A stretch of DNA of 64,000 bases, from positions 896,001-960,000 of the forward strand of contig OY969564.1 of the NCBI GenBank assembly GCA_963701095.1. The letters run 5' to 3'. Below, piece by piece: positions 1 to 11,151 of this stretch. How positions within the stretch are numbered: the stretch's first letter is position 1; the number at the start of each line of letters is the position of its first letter. Both the position numbers and the translations under genes were made by a program. The stretch is from an uncultured Methanoregulaceae archaeon. Its GTDB lineage: Archaea > Halobacteriota > Methanomicrobia > Methanomicrobiales > Methanospirillaceae. The notes below the pieces were generated by a model that ran no database searches, was not told the origin of the DNA, and saw only the letters and a list, made by a program, of their open reading frames with translations.

Positions 1-366
1 GGAAAATGTTGATTCGTGTGGGAACAGCCTTCTTGATAAGTGATATCCTCTAAGATGCCCATTCTCAGGAATGAAAACCATCGTTACTTCAGGATCAAAA
101 ATTGCGGATTTTATCCCATAAATAAATTGAGGGTCAAGATCGACCTTTTCAATTTGTTCGATTAATTTAGGGTCAGTGTACTTTACTGTATAAAACAGCA
201 AACAATGATCAAGTTCGCGTTTTTTCTCCAACAAAAGGATAGTTCCATCCCCAGTTTTTAGGGTAAGATACCAGTAATCATCTTCTTTATGCTCGTTAAT
301 AATTTCTATTTGAAGTCTTTTGCAATAATGCTTAAAAACTGACATTTCTTTTTCGGAATTATTCAT
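1..366 (-). CDS. Hypothetical protein, 3'-truncated by the window edge
   Basis: Not in the ORF track. Manual translation gives an open frame MNNSEKEMSVFKHYCKRLQIEIINEHKEDDYWYL...RRLFPHESTFS running off position 1. Its start overlaps the stop of the 359-544 ORF. Confidence 0.6.
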   Translation of the reverse strand, partial: MNNSEKEMSVFKHYCKRLQIEIINEHKEDDYWYLTLKTGDGTILLLEKKRELDHCLLFYTVKYTDPKLIEQIEKVDLDPQFIYGIKSAIFDPEVTMVFIPENGHLRGYHLSRRLFPHESTFS

Positions 367-544
367 GCTGAGCTCTTTTTATTGCGGAGATCGAATTCAC
401 TCCTAATAATCTTGCATCTTTTGGGATGATATTACCAATATTTTGAGCATATGGTTCAAACTTCTCTCCTTCCGCTAACCAAAGCGTATTGATCACAAAC
501 CCACCCGCATTTGGAGACGCACGATCCCGGCATGGTGTTGACAT
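359..544 (-). CDS. Small hypothetical protein (61 aa)
   Basis: ORF track. The stop/start overlap with the next ORF suggests translational coupling. No recognisable motif. Confidence 0.35.
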   Translation of the reverse strand: MSTPCRDRASPNAGGFVINTLWLAEGEKFEPYAQNIGNIIPKDARLLGVNSISAIKRAQHE

Positions 545-671
545 AATACAACATCATGTCACTCTGATTATAAAAAAGTCTCGATATGAGATAGAGCCAC
601 CCCCCGACTTTTGACAGCGTTTTTCAGCATACTCCACCCCCCGCAGACTTTACAGAACCTACCACACAACA

Positions 672-720
672 TTTTATATACTATATCACCCTAACTTATG
701 GTTAACCATCCGAAAGGAGG
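672..720 (+). promoter_or_regulatory. Heat-shock operon promoter: TATA box, HSR1-like operator and RBS
   Basis: TTTTATATA at 672-680, CTAAC-TTATG-GTTAA at 691-705, and AAGGAGG at 714-720 ahead of ATG 730. Confidence 0.65.
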
Positions 721-729
721 TTTACACTT

Positions 730-873
730 ATGACTGAAACCAACGGCGTAAAACTTACAATCAAGAAAACAAGAGGTGAAGACATCGGCCGTCGTATGGC
801 GACCTTACCCTGGCAAGTGAGAGGCCGGCTGAACATATCCAGTGGCGACATCGTAAACACTGGTATGGGATGA
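730..873 (+). CDS. 47-aa ORF resembling the first half of the CDC48/VAT N-terminal double-psi barrel (microprotein or cdc48 remnant)
   Basis: MTETNGVKLTIKKTRGEDIGRRMATLPWQVRGRLNISSGDIVNTGMG*. The EDIGR...LNISSGDIV pattern matches CDC48_N (xDVGRGIARI...LGxxxGDIV). Strong RBS upstream. Confidence 0.6.
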   Translation: MTETNGVKLTIKKTRGEDIGRRMATLPWQVRGRLNISSGDIVNTGMG

Positions 874-890
874 GCACGAGGAGGACTTTA

Positions 891-1421
891 ATGGATACCG
901 ACGATATCCAGCTCCAGAATGAACAGCTGAAACAAGAGAATGAACGGCTGAAAACGGAACTCGAGGAAAAGACAAAACTATCCGAGGACCGACTGGAACG
1001 GTTGAGATACCTCCAGGCAGAGTTTGATAATTATCGCAAATGGCAGGAAAAGGAGAAAGGAGCGATCATCGCACTTGCAAACGAGAACCTGATCAAAGAC
1101 CTCCTCGTCGTTTTCGATGATCTCGAACGGGCACTGCCATCTCTTGGACAGGAAAAGAACAAAGCAGGCATCGAAATGATCTACAAGAATTTCAACAAAA
1201 TCCTTTGTGCCTATGGCTTGCAACCGATAGCCTGTCTGGGGAAAAAATTCGACCCGCATCTCCATGAGGTACTGTGCACCGAGAAGTGCGGGAAAGAGCA
1301 GAATACCGTTCTTGAGGAACTGGAAAAAGGGTATCAGCTGAAGTCCAAAGTGATCCGGCCTTCGAAAGTAAAGATAGCAGAACAGGTAAAAATGGAAGAA
1401 ACAGGTGAGAACAATGGCTAA
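891..1421 (+). CDS. grpE: Nucleotide exchange factor GrpE
   Basis: [18 protein letters not shown] and [15 protein letters not shown] motifs. RBS GAGGAGG precedes ATG 891; alternative start at 870. Confidence 0.95.
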   Translation: MDTDDIQLQNEQLKQENERLKTELEEKTKLSEDRLERLRYLQAEFDNYRKWQEKEKGAIIALANENLIKDLLVVFDDLERALPSLGQEKNKAGIEMIYKNFNKILCAYGLQPIACLGKKFDPHLHEVLCTEKCGKEQNTVLEELEKGYQLKSKVIRPSKVKIAEQVKMEETGENNG

Positions 1422-3297
1422 AGAGAAAATAATCGGCATTGACCTGGGAACATCGAACAGCGAAGCTGCAGTCATGGTCGGCGGGAAACCGACGATCGTT
1501 CCGTCAGCAGAAGGAGCGACCGTCGCCGGCAAGATGTTTCCCTCGTATGTAGCGTTTACGGCAGACGGCCAGCTGCTCGTCGGTGAGCCGGCACGGAGGC
1601 AGGCCGTGAGCAACCCTGAAGGAACAATCTCGGCGGCAAAACGCAAAATTGGTACAAACCATGTGTACAAAATTTACGGGAAAGAGTATACACCCCAGCA
1701 GATCTCGGCATTCATCCTGCAGAAGATAAAAAGAGATGCAGAAGCGTTCCTCGGAGAGAAGGTAACAAAGGCAGTCATTACCGTGCCTGCGTACTTCAAC
1801 GACAACCAGCGTACTGCAACAAAGGATGCAGGAAAAATTGCCGGTCTTGAAGTCGTCCGGCTTGTCAATGAGCCAACAGCGGCATCGATGGCCTACGGGC
1901 TTGACAAAGGCGGCGAATACAAGATCCTTGTCTTTGATCTCGGCGGCGGGACCCTGGATGTCACCATCATGGAGTTCGGTGGCGGTACGTTTACGGTCCT
2001 TTCAACGTCCGGGGATACCCAGCTGGGCGGGACGGACATGGACAATGCCATTTACGAATGGATTGCCGCCGAGTTCAAGAAACAGGAAGGGATCGATTTA
2101 CGCAACGACAAGATGGCGATCAACCGGGTAAAAGAAGCCGCTGAGAAAGCAAAGATCGAACTTTCGACAGTACTTGAAACCGAGATCAACCTTCCGTATG
2201 TCTCGGCAACCCAGTCGGGTCCCAAACACCTGTCGATGAAACTGTCCCGGGCAAAACTCGAACAGCTGGTTGAACCGATCATCCAGCGGTGTTCCAAACC
2301 GTTCGACCAGGCATTAAAAGATGCGAAACTCACCAAAGACGATATCCAGAAAGTGATCCTCGTCGGTGGACCCACCCGGATGCCGATTGTCCAGAAATTC
2401 ATCGAGAACCACGTGGGCGACAAGATGGTCCGGGGTATTGACCCGATGGAATGTGTCGCCATGGGTGCGGCCATCCAGGGCGGTATTCTCGGCGGCGAGA
2501 TCACGGACATGGTACTCCTTGACGTGACCCCGCTTACGTTAGGCCTCGAGACTCTCGGCGGCGTCAGGACTGCCCTGATCGACCGGAACACCACGATCCC
2601 GACGAAGAAGAGCCAGATCTTCTCAACTGCCGCGGATATGCAGCCGTCGGTGACCATCCATGTGCTCCAGGGAGAACGGGCGATGGCTGCCGACAACGTC
2701 AGCCTCGGCCAGTTTAACCTCGTCGGTATCCCGCCGGCGCCGCGGGGAATTCCGCAGATCGAGGTTACCTTCGATATCGACGCATCCGGTATCATCAACG
2801 TGTCGGCAAAAGACCTGGGTACCGGGAAAGAGCAGAAGATGACCATCACGGCGTCGACAAAACTCTCGGATGCCGACGTGAAAAAGATGGTGTCCGATGC
2901 CAAGGAATTCGAGGAGCAGGATAAAGCGCGAAAAGAAGAGATTGAGTCCCGCAATATCGCCGATTCTCTCGTCTACACCGCAGAGAAAACAAAAACCGAC
3001 CTTGCCGACAAACTGGATGCAGGTATGGTGGAGCGGTTAAACAGCGCAATAACTGCCGTGAAAGCCGCACTTGATGGAAAAGATATTGCTCAAATAAAGG
3101 CCGAGACGGAAAAACTCCAGAAGGCTTTAGGAGAAGCCGGAACGGCTGCATACCAGCATGTCAGCCAGCAGGCACAGCAGCAGGCAGGAGGACCGCAGGA
3201 AGCACCTCCGGGTGCAGGATCGGCCGGCACCACCACCGGTCCAAACGGTGAGCATGTTGTCGACGCCGATTTCAAAGTCAAGGATGACAATTCATAA
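1414..3297 (+). CDS. dnaK: Molecular chaperone DnaK (Hsp70)
   Basis: [27 protein letters not shown] and LLDVTPL motifs. GGTGA RBS precedes ATG 1414. Confidence 0.98.
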   Translation: MAKEKIIGIDLGTSNSEAAVMVGGKPTIVPSAEGATVAGKMFPSYVAFTADGQLLVGEPARRQAVSNPEGTISAAKRKIGTNHVYKIYGKEYTPQQISAFILQKIKRDAEAFLGEKVTKAVITVPAYFNDNQRTATKDAGKIAGLEVVRLVNEPTAASMAYGLDKGGEYKILVFDLGGGTLDVTIMEFGGGTFTVLSTSGDTQLGGTDMDNAIYEWIAAEFKKQEGIDLRNDKMAINRVKEAAEKAKIELSTVLETEINLPYVSATQSGPKHLSMKLSRAKLEQLVEPIIQRCSKPFDQALKDAKLTKDDIQKVILVGGPTRMPIVQKFIENHVGDKMVRGIDPMECVAMGAAIQGGILGGEITDMVLLDVTPLTLGLETLGGVRTALIDRNTTIPTKKSQIFSTAADMQPSVTIHVLQGERAMAADNVSLGQFNLVGIPPAPRGIPQIEVTFDIDASGIINVSAKDLGTGKEQKMTITASTKLSDADVKKMVSDAKEFEEQDKARKEEIESRNIADSLVYTAEKTKTDLADKLDAGMVERLNSAITAVKAALDGKDIAQIKAETEKLQKALGEAGTAAYQHVSQQAQQQAGGPQEAPPGAGSAGTTTGPNGEHVVDADFKVKDDNS

Positions 3298-3314
3298 AAA
3301 TTTTTCAGACGACC

Positions 3315-4370
3315 ATGGCGAATCAGGATTATTATGAGGTACTTGGCGTAAAACGGGATGCTACAGCGGACGATCTCAAGAAAGCGTTCCGGCACCTTGC
3401 ACGGAAATACCATCCCGATCTCAACAAGGGGAGCAAGGAAGCGGAAGAAAAGTTCAAGGAAGTCAATGAAGCGTACCAGGTCCTCGGAGACCCCCAGAAA
3501 AAAGCTCAGTACGACCAGGTAGGTCACGTTGATTTCAAACCCGGGGATGCGGCAGGTTACCAACCCCCCAGTTACGACGACCTGTTCCGGGACTTCGGAC
3601 TTGGCGATATATTCGACGCGTACTCGATGGGGTCCCGGGGATCCAGAAGGCGGGCCGGTGCGGATCTCCGGTATGATCTTGATATTTCCCTCACCGATGC
3701 ATTCTACGGCTCGAAAAATACGGTTGCCGTCCCGCACCAGTCAGAATGTGGCACCTGTCACGGGACCGGCGCACAACCCGGGTTTCTCAAAGAATGTCCG
3801 ACCTGTCACGGAACGGGCGAAGTTCGGACACCGCAGAAAATCCGGAACCGTCAGGTAATAAGCCTCTCAACCTGTCCGGAATGCGTGGGAAGTGGCAGGA
3901 TTATTGAAAAACCCTGCCCTACCTGTCACGGCAGTGGCGTCCTCCAGAAAACCCGGAAGATTGAGGTAACGATCCCCCGGGGCGTTGAAGACGGCCAGCT
4001 CCTGAGAATTGCCGGGGAAGGTGAACCCGGGGAAAACCAGGGGCCGCCGGGTGACCTCTACGCGGTCGTCCACGTGAAAAAAGATGCGGTATTCGAACGA
4101 CTGGGCGCGGATCTCCGCACAACTGCGGTTGTCGGGTTACCGGTCGCTCTCCTGGGGGGAGAGATCAACGTGCCTACCATAACCGGAAGTGCCCTCCTGA
4201 AAATCCCCCGGGGGACACAAAGCAATACCCTCTTCCGGCTCCGCCAGCAGGGTATGCCTCTCCTCAATTCAGATAACCGGGGCGATCTCCTGGTAAAGGT
4301 CATAGTCCAGATACCTACAAACCTGACAAAAAAACAGGAGGACCTGATGAAAGAGGCGTTTGCGGGGTGA
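3315..4370 (+). CDS. dnaJ: Chaperone DnaJ (type I)
   Basis: J domain with HPD, four CxxCxGxG repeats and a C-terminal substrate domain. Confidence 0.97.
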   Translation: MANQDYYEVLGVKRDATADDLKKAFRHLARKYHPDLNKGSKEAEEKFKEVNEAYQVLGDPQKKAQYDQVGHVDFKPGDAAGYQPPSYDDLFRDFGLGDIFDAYSMGSRGSRRRAGADLRYDLDISLTDAFYGSKNTVAVPHQSECGTCHGTGAQPGFLKECPTCHGTGEVRTPQKIRNRQVISLSTCPECVGSGRIIEKPCPTCHGSGVLQKTRKIEVTIPRGVEDGQLLRIAGEGEPGENQGPPGDLYAVVHVKKDAVFERLGADLRTTAVVGLPVALLGGEINVPTITGSALLKIPRGTQSNTLFRLRQQGMPLLNSDNRGDLLVKVIVQIPTNLTKKQEDLMKEAFAG

Positions 4371-4476
4371 ACCGGATAAGACACCACCGGAATAGAAAAA
4401 CCGGTTAATTATTTATTATAGGAAAATGTGTTGTTACGCACAGGAAATGTGAACATCAGAAACGGACACCACGATC

Positions 4477-7068
4477 ATGAATTTCAATAATTTTACGATT
4501 AAATCACAGGAAGCCGTTGATAAGGCAACGGGAATTGCAACAGCGAAGCAGAACCAGGTAATAGAAACGGGACATCTGCTGAAGGGGATGCTCCTGGAAG
4601 ACGAGAATGTCGTGCCGTACCTCCTTAAAAAACTGAATGTAAACCTGGATAGTTTCACCCAGGAGCTCGACAAGATCATCGATGCGTATCCCAAAGTTAC
4701 CGGCGGGGATCATTATCTCTCCAATGATGCCACAAAAGCGCTGCAGAAAGCTATAGCACTTTCCCAGGAATTCAAGGATGAGTTTGTCTCTCTGGAACAC
4801 CTCCTCATGGGGATACTATCGGTAAACGATCGCACGTCACGGCTGCTGAAAGAAAACGGTGTATCGGAAAAAGATCTTAAAACAGCAATTACCCAGTTAC
4901 GGAAAGGTGCTACGGTGACAAGCCAGGATGCCGAAGAGACCTATAACGCCCTTGAAAAATATTCCCGGAACCTCAATGAACTTGCCCGCAGCGGCAAACT
5001 CGATCCGGTTATCGGCCGTGATGACGAGATCCGCCGGGTGCTGCAGATCCTTTCACGGAGAACGAAAAACAACCCCATCCTCATCGGGGAACCGGGTGTA
5101 GGAAAAACCGCAATAGCTGAAGGTCTCGCTCACCGGATCATTGACGGGGATGTCCCGGAAAACCTCAAGGACAAGCTGATTTTTGCCCTCGATATGGGTG
5201 CCCTGATTGCCGGGGCTAAATTCAAGGGGGAGTTCGAGGAACGGTTAAAAAGCGTTATCAAAGAAGTGGTATCCGCTGAAGGCGGGATCATCATGTTCAT
5301 CGATGAGATCCACACTCTTGTCGGTGCGGGTGCAAGCGAAGGCGCCATGGATGCCGCAAATATCCTAAAGCCGGCACTTTCCCGGGGAGAACTGCACGTC
5401 ATAGGCGCCACCACCCTCAAAGAATACCAGAAATACTTTGAAAAGGACAAAGCGCTCGAGCGACGGTTCCAGCCGGTAATGGTCAATGAACCGGACACCC
5501 TGGATGCCATTTCCATCCTTCGTGGGATCAAGGAAAAATACGAGACACATCACCATGTGCGGATCAAGGACGAGGCAATCATTGCTGCCGTTGAACTTTC
5601 GCAACGCTATATCAGCGACCGGTTCCTTCCCGACAAGGCTATCGACCTGATTGATGAAGCAGCATCAAAACTCCGTCTTGAGATCAACTCAAAGCCGGAA
5701 GAACTCGAAACGATTGAACGCAAACTCCGGCAGCTGGAAATCGAACGGGAAGCCATCAAACGGGAAAAAGACCAGGGGAAACTCAAGGGTCTCAATGAAG
5801 AGATCGGAAACCTGACCGAGGAACGAAACCGGGTACATGCGAAGTGGCAGTCGGAAAAAGAGCTCGTTGATCAGATAGACGCAAAGAAAAATGAGATTGA
5901 GAACCTGAAATTTGAGGCTGAAACTGCCGAACGCAACGGTGATCTCGGGAAGGTAGCAGAGATCCGGTATGGCCGTATTCCGGATACAGAAAAGATCATG
6001 GAGGGGCTCAAGAAAAAACTGACCGAACAGCAGAAGGACTCTGCCATGGTAAATGAAGAGGTGGATGCAGAAGAAATCGCCGAAGTGGTTTCCCGCTGGA
6101 CCGGTATTCCTGTGAGCCGGATGCTGCAGAGCGAGAAACAGAAACTGCTCAACCTCGAGACAGAACTCCATATGCGGGTGGTCGGCCAGGACGAAGCCAT
6201 TGAAGCAGTCTCTGACGCGATCCGACGGAGCCGTGCCGGGTTGCAGGATACAAAACGTCCCATCGGTTCCTTTATCTTCCTCGGGACAACCGGCGTAGGA
6301 AAGACGGAACTTGCAAAAGCGCTCGCAGAGTTCCTGTTCAACAACGAGAACAGCATGGTACGGATAGATATGTCGGAATACCAGGAACGGCATACCGTCT
6401 CAAGGCTCGTCGGAGCGCCTCCGGGGTATGTGGGATACGAGGAAAGCGGGCAGTTGACTGAAGCTGTCCGGAGAAAACCCTATTCCGTAGTTCTTCTCGA
6501 TGAGATCGAAAAAGCACATCCGGACGTGTTCAACATCCTCCTGCAGGTCCTCGACGATGGCCGGCTGACGGATAACAAGGGTCGGACCGTTGATTTCAAG
6601 AATACGATTATCATCATGACCTCAAACATCGGGTCGCACATCATCCAGGAGAACCTCGAAAAGGTCACTGACAAAAACCGGGATGAAGTGTATAACCGTA
6701 CGCGGGATGAGGTGTTCGATCTGCTCAAAAAGACCATGCGTCCTGAGTTCCTTAACCGGATCGATGAGATCATCATGTTCAAACCGCTGACAAAAGATGA
6801 GATCCACAAGGTTGTCGAACTACAAGTGGGTATTATCCAGAAGATGCTCGAAAAGAACGATATCCGGCTCAAGGCAACCAAAAAAGCCATCCAGTTCATC
6901 GCCACCCAGGGGTTTGACCCCCAGTTTGGCGCACGGCCGATAAAACGTATTATACAGAAGAACCTGTTAAACGAATTGTCAAAAATGATCCTCGAAGGAA
7001 AAGTAAACAAGGATAAGGAAATTGTCGTCGACGAAAAGGCGGGAAAACTCCTGTTTTCAAATGCCTGA
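4477..7068 (+). CDS. clpB: ATP-dependent disaggregase ClpB
   Basis: Two AAA+ modules (GEPGVGKT and GTTGVGKT), a long coiled-coil M domain, and the GAPPGYVGY pore loop. Confidence 0.97.
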   Translation: MNFNNFTIKSQEAVDKATGIATAKQNQVIETGHLLKGMLLEDENVVPYLLKKLNVNLDSFTQELDKIIDAYPKVTGGDHYLSNDATKALQKAIALSQEFKDEFVSLEHLLMGILSVNDRTSRLLKENGVSEKDLKTAITQLRKGATVTSQDAEETYNALEKYSRNLNELARSGKLDPVIGRDDEIRRVLQILSRRTKNNPILIGEPGVGKTAIAEGLAHRIIDGDVPENLKDKLIFALDMGALIAGAKFKGEFEERLKSVIKEVVSAEGGIIMFIDEIHTLVGAGASEGAMDAANILKPALSRGELHVIGATTLKEYQKYFEKDKALERRFQPVMVNEPDTLDAISILRGIKEKYETHHHVRIKDEAIIAAVELSQRYISDRFLPDKAIDLIDEAASKLRLEINSKPEELETIERKLRQLEIEREAIKREKDQGKLKGLNEEIGNLTEERNRVHAKWQSEKELVDQIDAKKNEIENLKFEAETAERNGDLGKVAEIRYGRIPDTEKIMEGLKKKLTEQQKDSAMVNEEVDAEEIAEVVSRWTGIPVSRMLQSEKQKLLNLETELHMRVVGQDEAIEAVSDAIRRSRAGLQDTKRPIGSFIFLGTTGVGKTELAKALAEFLFNNENSMVRIDMSEYQERHTVSRLVGAPPGYVGYEESGQLTEAVRRKPYSVVLLDEIEKAHPDVFNILLQVLDDGRLTDNKGRTVDFKNTIIIMTSNIGSHIIQENLEKVTDKNRDEVYNRTRDEVFDLLKKTMRPEFLNRIDEIIMFKPLTKDEIHKVVELQVGIIQKMLEKNDIRLKATKKAIQFIATQGFDPQFGARPIKRIIQKNLLNELSKMILEGKVNKDKEIVVDEKAGKLLFSNA

Positions 7069-7092
7069 TCCGTAAAGAAATCAATTATCAGA

Positions 7093-7156
7093 TTTTTCCC
7101 GTCAGTTCAGAAAAACGGGGAGAGAGATTTCCCCGGTTTTCCGTGTTCACGGGAAT
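7093..7156. terminator. Cluster of short hairpins between convergent genes
   Basis: CCCGT..ACGGG, GGGGA..TCCCC and CCGTG-TT-CACGG inverted repeats with T and A runs. Confidence 0.4.
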
Positions 7157-7196
7157 CGTCGTATGGATTCCGTTTCCGTGTTCTTGTTGAGCTTAC

Positions 7197-10100
7197 CTAG
7201 GGTAGTACGGCAACCGTCTGTGGTGCAGATGTATTGGTGGCCAGCCCGTTGGTAACCGACAGGACGACGTTGTAGTTCCCCGGTGTTGTGAAGGTGTGTG
7301 AGGGGTTCTCAAGATTGGATGACGCCGTCGGCATCCGCCAAACGTTAGCAAAACCTTCATTTGTATCCTTCTGTCCGGATAATATCACGACACTTCCATC
7401 CGGTAAAGAAACCATATCGTCACCATATCGTGCCTCCCACGGAGCAGCCGCTGTCATTTCCTTCCATGTTACACCTTCATTTGTCGACCGCCAGACATCA
7501 TTGAGGGCTGCGGCGGCAGGATAGCCACTAGCGAACACTATACTCCCGTCAGGTAACGGAACTGCGGGGAACCGGTCCCGAACCTGCCAACCGCCACTTC
7601 CATTAACTACTGTCCATGTTTTACCTTCATCCGTTGACCGGTATGTTCTGTTAGTTCTACCATGATTGGCTGAGTATCCACCCATTACGACAATATTGCC
7701 ATCTTGGAGAGCAACAGCAGCAGGAGCACTCAGACCCGTACCACCAAAAGCGGAAGCATTTATTTTCGTCCATGTGGCACCTTTATCCGTCGACTGCCAC
7801 ACATCGCCAAAATACACGCTCGAAGATGACCCCCCGAGGATAGTGATATTGCCGTCAGGTAACGCTACTGCAGCGGCATATTGCCGAGGTGCCCAGCCGG
7901 AACTCGCGTTCATCTCCGTCCACGTAGCGCCTTCATTTGTTGACCGCCACGTGTCGTTCAGAAAAGTCCCGGCGGTATAGTTAACATCGCCGCCCATTAT
8001 CACGATACTACCATCAGGTAGTGTAACGGTGGGGAATGCATATCGGGGAAGCCAGCCGGAACTCGGGTTTACAAGAGTCCACGTAGCGCCTTCATCCGTT
8101 GAATGCCATGTATCGTTTAGAGTCTCGTCCAGTACATTATCAAACCCACCCAGCATCACAATGCTCCCATCAGGTAATGCTGTCGCCGCGCTATAGTAAC
8201 TATCATTCCATCCAGGGCTAGCGGTCATTTCAGTCCAGTTTGAACCGACGGTCTGCCAGTTTCCATCACCGAAATACCACGCCCAACCAGTTGGTTGGCC
8301 GGTGGACGTGTCGGTGAACTGGACCGGTAACGGGGTTACACCGGACATCGGGGATCCAACGAAACTGGCTGCCAGCTTCGCTCGGACTACCGTGATTGTC
8401 TGGGATGCTGAAGTACTGTTGCCACCGGCATTAGTCGCCGTCAGGTTGACTGAATACGATCCCGCCGATGTGAAGGTATGCACCGGGCTCTCCTGAGTTG
8501 AAGTGGTACCATCTCCGAAGTTCCAAAGCCAAGAAGTTGGAGTGTTCGTTGAGGTATCCGTGAACTGGACGGTTAACGGGGTTGTACCAGAGGTGGGATT
8601 GGCCGTGAAACTCGCTACCGTTATTGGTGGGATGACCGTGATTGTCTGGGGGGTTGAGGAATATGTTCCACCGGGATTTCCTGCTGTTAATGTGACAGTA
8701 TAGGTGCCCACATGAGAATATGTATGAGATACGTTTTGGCTTGTTGAATAAGTGCCATCTCCAAAACTCCAGTTCCATGTTGTCGAAGAATCGCTCGAAG
8801 TACCTTCGGGATTTATTGCAAGACTACCCGTACCGGAGTTGGCATTCAATATGCCATTGGACTTTACTGCAAGCGTGGACATGCTGGAATCAGTATTCAA
8901 TGTGCCATTAAACTGAACTGTAAGCGGTGCGGTACCGGAATTCGTATTCGAAATGATGCTTGGATTTAGGATCTCCCAGATGTAAATCGTTTTAGGGATT
9001 GAATTCGCTCCCCCTGCATTCCAAACTGTTAAGTTGATGGTATATGTTCCGGAATTTGTATAGTCATGAAAATATGGGTTTTGTGATATAGATGTTGTAC
9101 CATCACCGAAATTCCACAGCCATAGGAATGGAGACCCACTCGATGCATCAGTAAATTCAATATTGGCGGGTTCTGCGTAATTTGTTGTCGGTAAATTAAA
9201 ATTAGCCACGGGAGGATTGACACGATTTGGATTGTTCATCAATGTGATATCCGTTGGCCATCGGTTAATTACGGAAAGGTTCTTGTAATCAGTAAAATTT
9301 TTAGAATTCTGCCAAATAGGGTTTACAAAACTCGACATCGGGGTTATCGAAAGAAGATTGTTTCCATCAGAATCTTCTAATATGAAATTTGAAACTGTCA
9401 CCGGGCCGGGCAAAAAATTTGAATTGGATTGGGCGAGAGGATTTTTGCCTTCCAATACAATTTGTGCATAAGCAGGCTGGTTCATCCATTCGGGGTCATA
9501 CTCCGGTTTTGTCAGAGATAATTCAGATATCATTCCTGTATTGGTATCATCCGCAAATCCGGTAACTACATTTCCTCGTACCTGAATATTCCCATAGATT
9601 AGATCATTCTTCGATATTTGGGATCCAATTGCTGTAGCAAAAATTTGATCCGGATTTGCTGTTCCAGTTGTTGAATTTGACCAAACATACCATGTTTGCA
9701 GATACCATTGAGGAGGATTAGTCACCACGGGCTTGTCATTTTCCGTTTCCCATTGGAGAACCGGTTGGATTAACGCGGTATTTACATCTCCACTGCAATA
9801 AAAGATGCCGTTCCAAATAGTAACCGGTACATCAAAACTTGGTTGTTGTGGTACATGCCAATCGGCTTGAAACGTATATCCGTCTGGTGATGACCCTATA
9901 AGACCTTCAGCTCCCTCAATCCATTGAGAGTTATAGGGAGTACCTTTACATACGACGCTGGATGTAGGGATATATCGCTCATTAGAATTTGCGTTAATAA
10001 TAGTAAGGATTCGTGTATTATTATTTACAATGGTAAGAGTGTCTCCTCCGTCGACGATAACAGATCCATTGGGGACTTCGTGAACAAACGTTGCCGGTGA

Positions 10101-10470
10101 ATCTCCATGAATTGTATGAACGATTTCAGCGCGTGTATCATCTGCCGCGAGTACCCTGATTCCCGTTCTGATCAAATACTGTGGTTACATTATTCGCATG
10201 ACGAATAATGGCGCCCAGAGGAATAGTTATTTCTTGGATATTTTGTGAAACGCCATTTGAAGCCTGGGCACTTTTTCCCGGGCTTAATTCATTGGTAACC
10301 ACTAAACTTTCCTTGGAATAGTTACCGTGAAGTTGTGGTAATGGAACTTCACTTATCGCTCTTGCTGAATCGACATTCGTTATCAATTCCCCATTTGCAA
10401 CTGGGACCAAAAATCCCAATATTATTGCAATACTGAGGATCATCACTACATTGAGTCTTCTAAAAACCAT
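7197..10470 (-). CDS. Large secreted PKD-domain surface protein with an Asp-box beta-propeller (one indel near 10155)
   Basis: The 10138-10470 ORF carries the signal peptide. Removing one base in the CCC run at 10154-10156 joins TTVFDQNGNQ to VLAADD. Four WxFGDG PKD motifs and five STxxGxTW Asp boxes. Confidence 0.85.
8802..8954 (-). repeat. Three degenerate 51-bp (17-aa) tandem repeats inside a PKD domain
   Basis: ISNTNSGTAPLTVQFNG / TLNTDSSMSTLAVKSNG / ILNANSGTGSLAINPEG. Confidence 0.75.
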
Positions 10471-10476
10471 GAATAA

Positions 10477-11151
10477 TCACTCTTTTTTCCTGTAAAGGGG
10501 TCTAATAATCACGCTAGCTGCAATTACTGCGATTGGCATTGCCGTTGGTAAAGGTGATGACTGAGTCGTCGTCTGGGTCGTTTGAGCCGGGGAAGGATTT
10601 ATTGGAAGTGATGTCATGCTAGCATTCGTTCCAACCGATGTTAGTGTCGGGTTTGGTGCAGGGAGAACAGTTATAATCGCACCTGCAGCAAGACCTGGAA
10701 TCTCAACCGTTACTAAGTAGGGCGACCATTCGACAGGTAGCCCACTGATACCGATATCGGTAGCATTAACCGACCACAAGTTTATCCCGGATGGTGTCGA
10801 TACTATGGAAATATTAGTCAGGAAAAATGCAGGCTGTTCAGGACCTCTATATCCTGGACTATAAGAGTCCGGAAAAATTGTTGCAAAGAGGGAAGTATTC
10901 ACCGGCAGGTTCGTTGTCCCGTTAATGTTGAGCACATTTCCAATAGTATAGTTCCCGATGGGATCTATGGTAATGTAGGGTGCCGAAGATATGGCCGTCG
11001 TTGTTGAAGTCGGATTGGTAAGAGTATCGCCACCAGTTGAAGTTTGATCAGCTGAGACCGGTAAACAGACCAGTAAAATGATTGTTAAAACCATCAGCCA
11101 AAACGGGCTCCAATGTATACTGCGTTGTTTCCAAATCATGTGTTCGATCAC
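10477..11151 (-). CDS. Secreted surface protein with a C-terminal anchor or sorting signal
   Basis: Signal peptide, PYITIDPI...INGTTNLP domain, Thr/Gln-rich linker, then SPLP, a hydrophobic stretch and an RKKE tail. Confidence 0.8.
   Translation of the reverse strand: MIEHMIWKQRSIHWSPFWLMVLTIILLVCLPVSADQTSTGGDTLTNPTSTTTAISSAPYITIDPIGNYTIGNVLNINGTTNLPVNTSLFATIFPDSYSPGYRGPEQPAFFLTNISIVSTPSGINLWSVNATDIGISGLPVEWSPYLVTVEIPGLAAGAIITVLPAPNPTLTSVGTNASMTSLPINPSPAQTTQTTTQSSPLPTAMPIAVIAASVIIRPLYRKKE

Noticed and set aside
978..7010. Long antisense ORFs over grpE, dnaK, dnaJ and clpB, and similar ones over feoB, the FBP genes, the DAC and the uvr genes
   Set aside because: These are shadow frames of strongly conserved genes, with no motifs and unnatural composition.
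7330..8240. Roughly 150-bp periodic repeats as a CRISPR array or DGR-like element
   Set aside because: They are degenerate in-frame propeller blades. There are no identical repeats with spacers, no cas genes and no reverse transcriptase.
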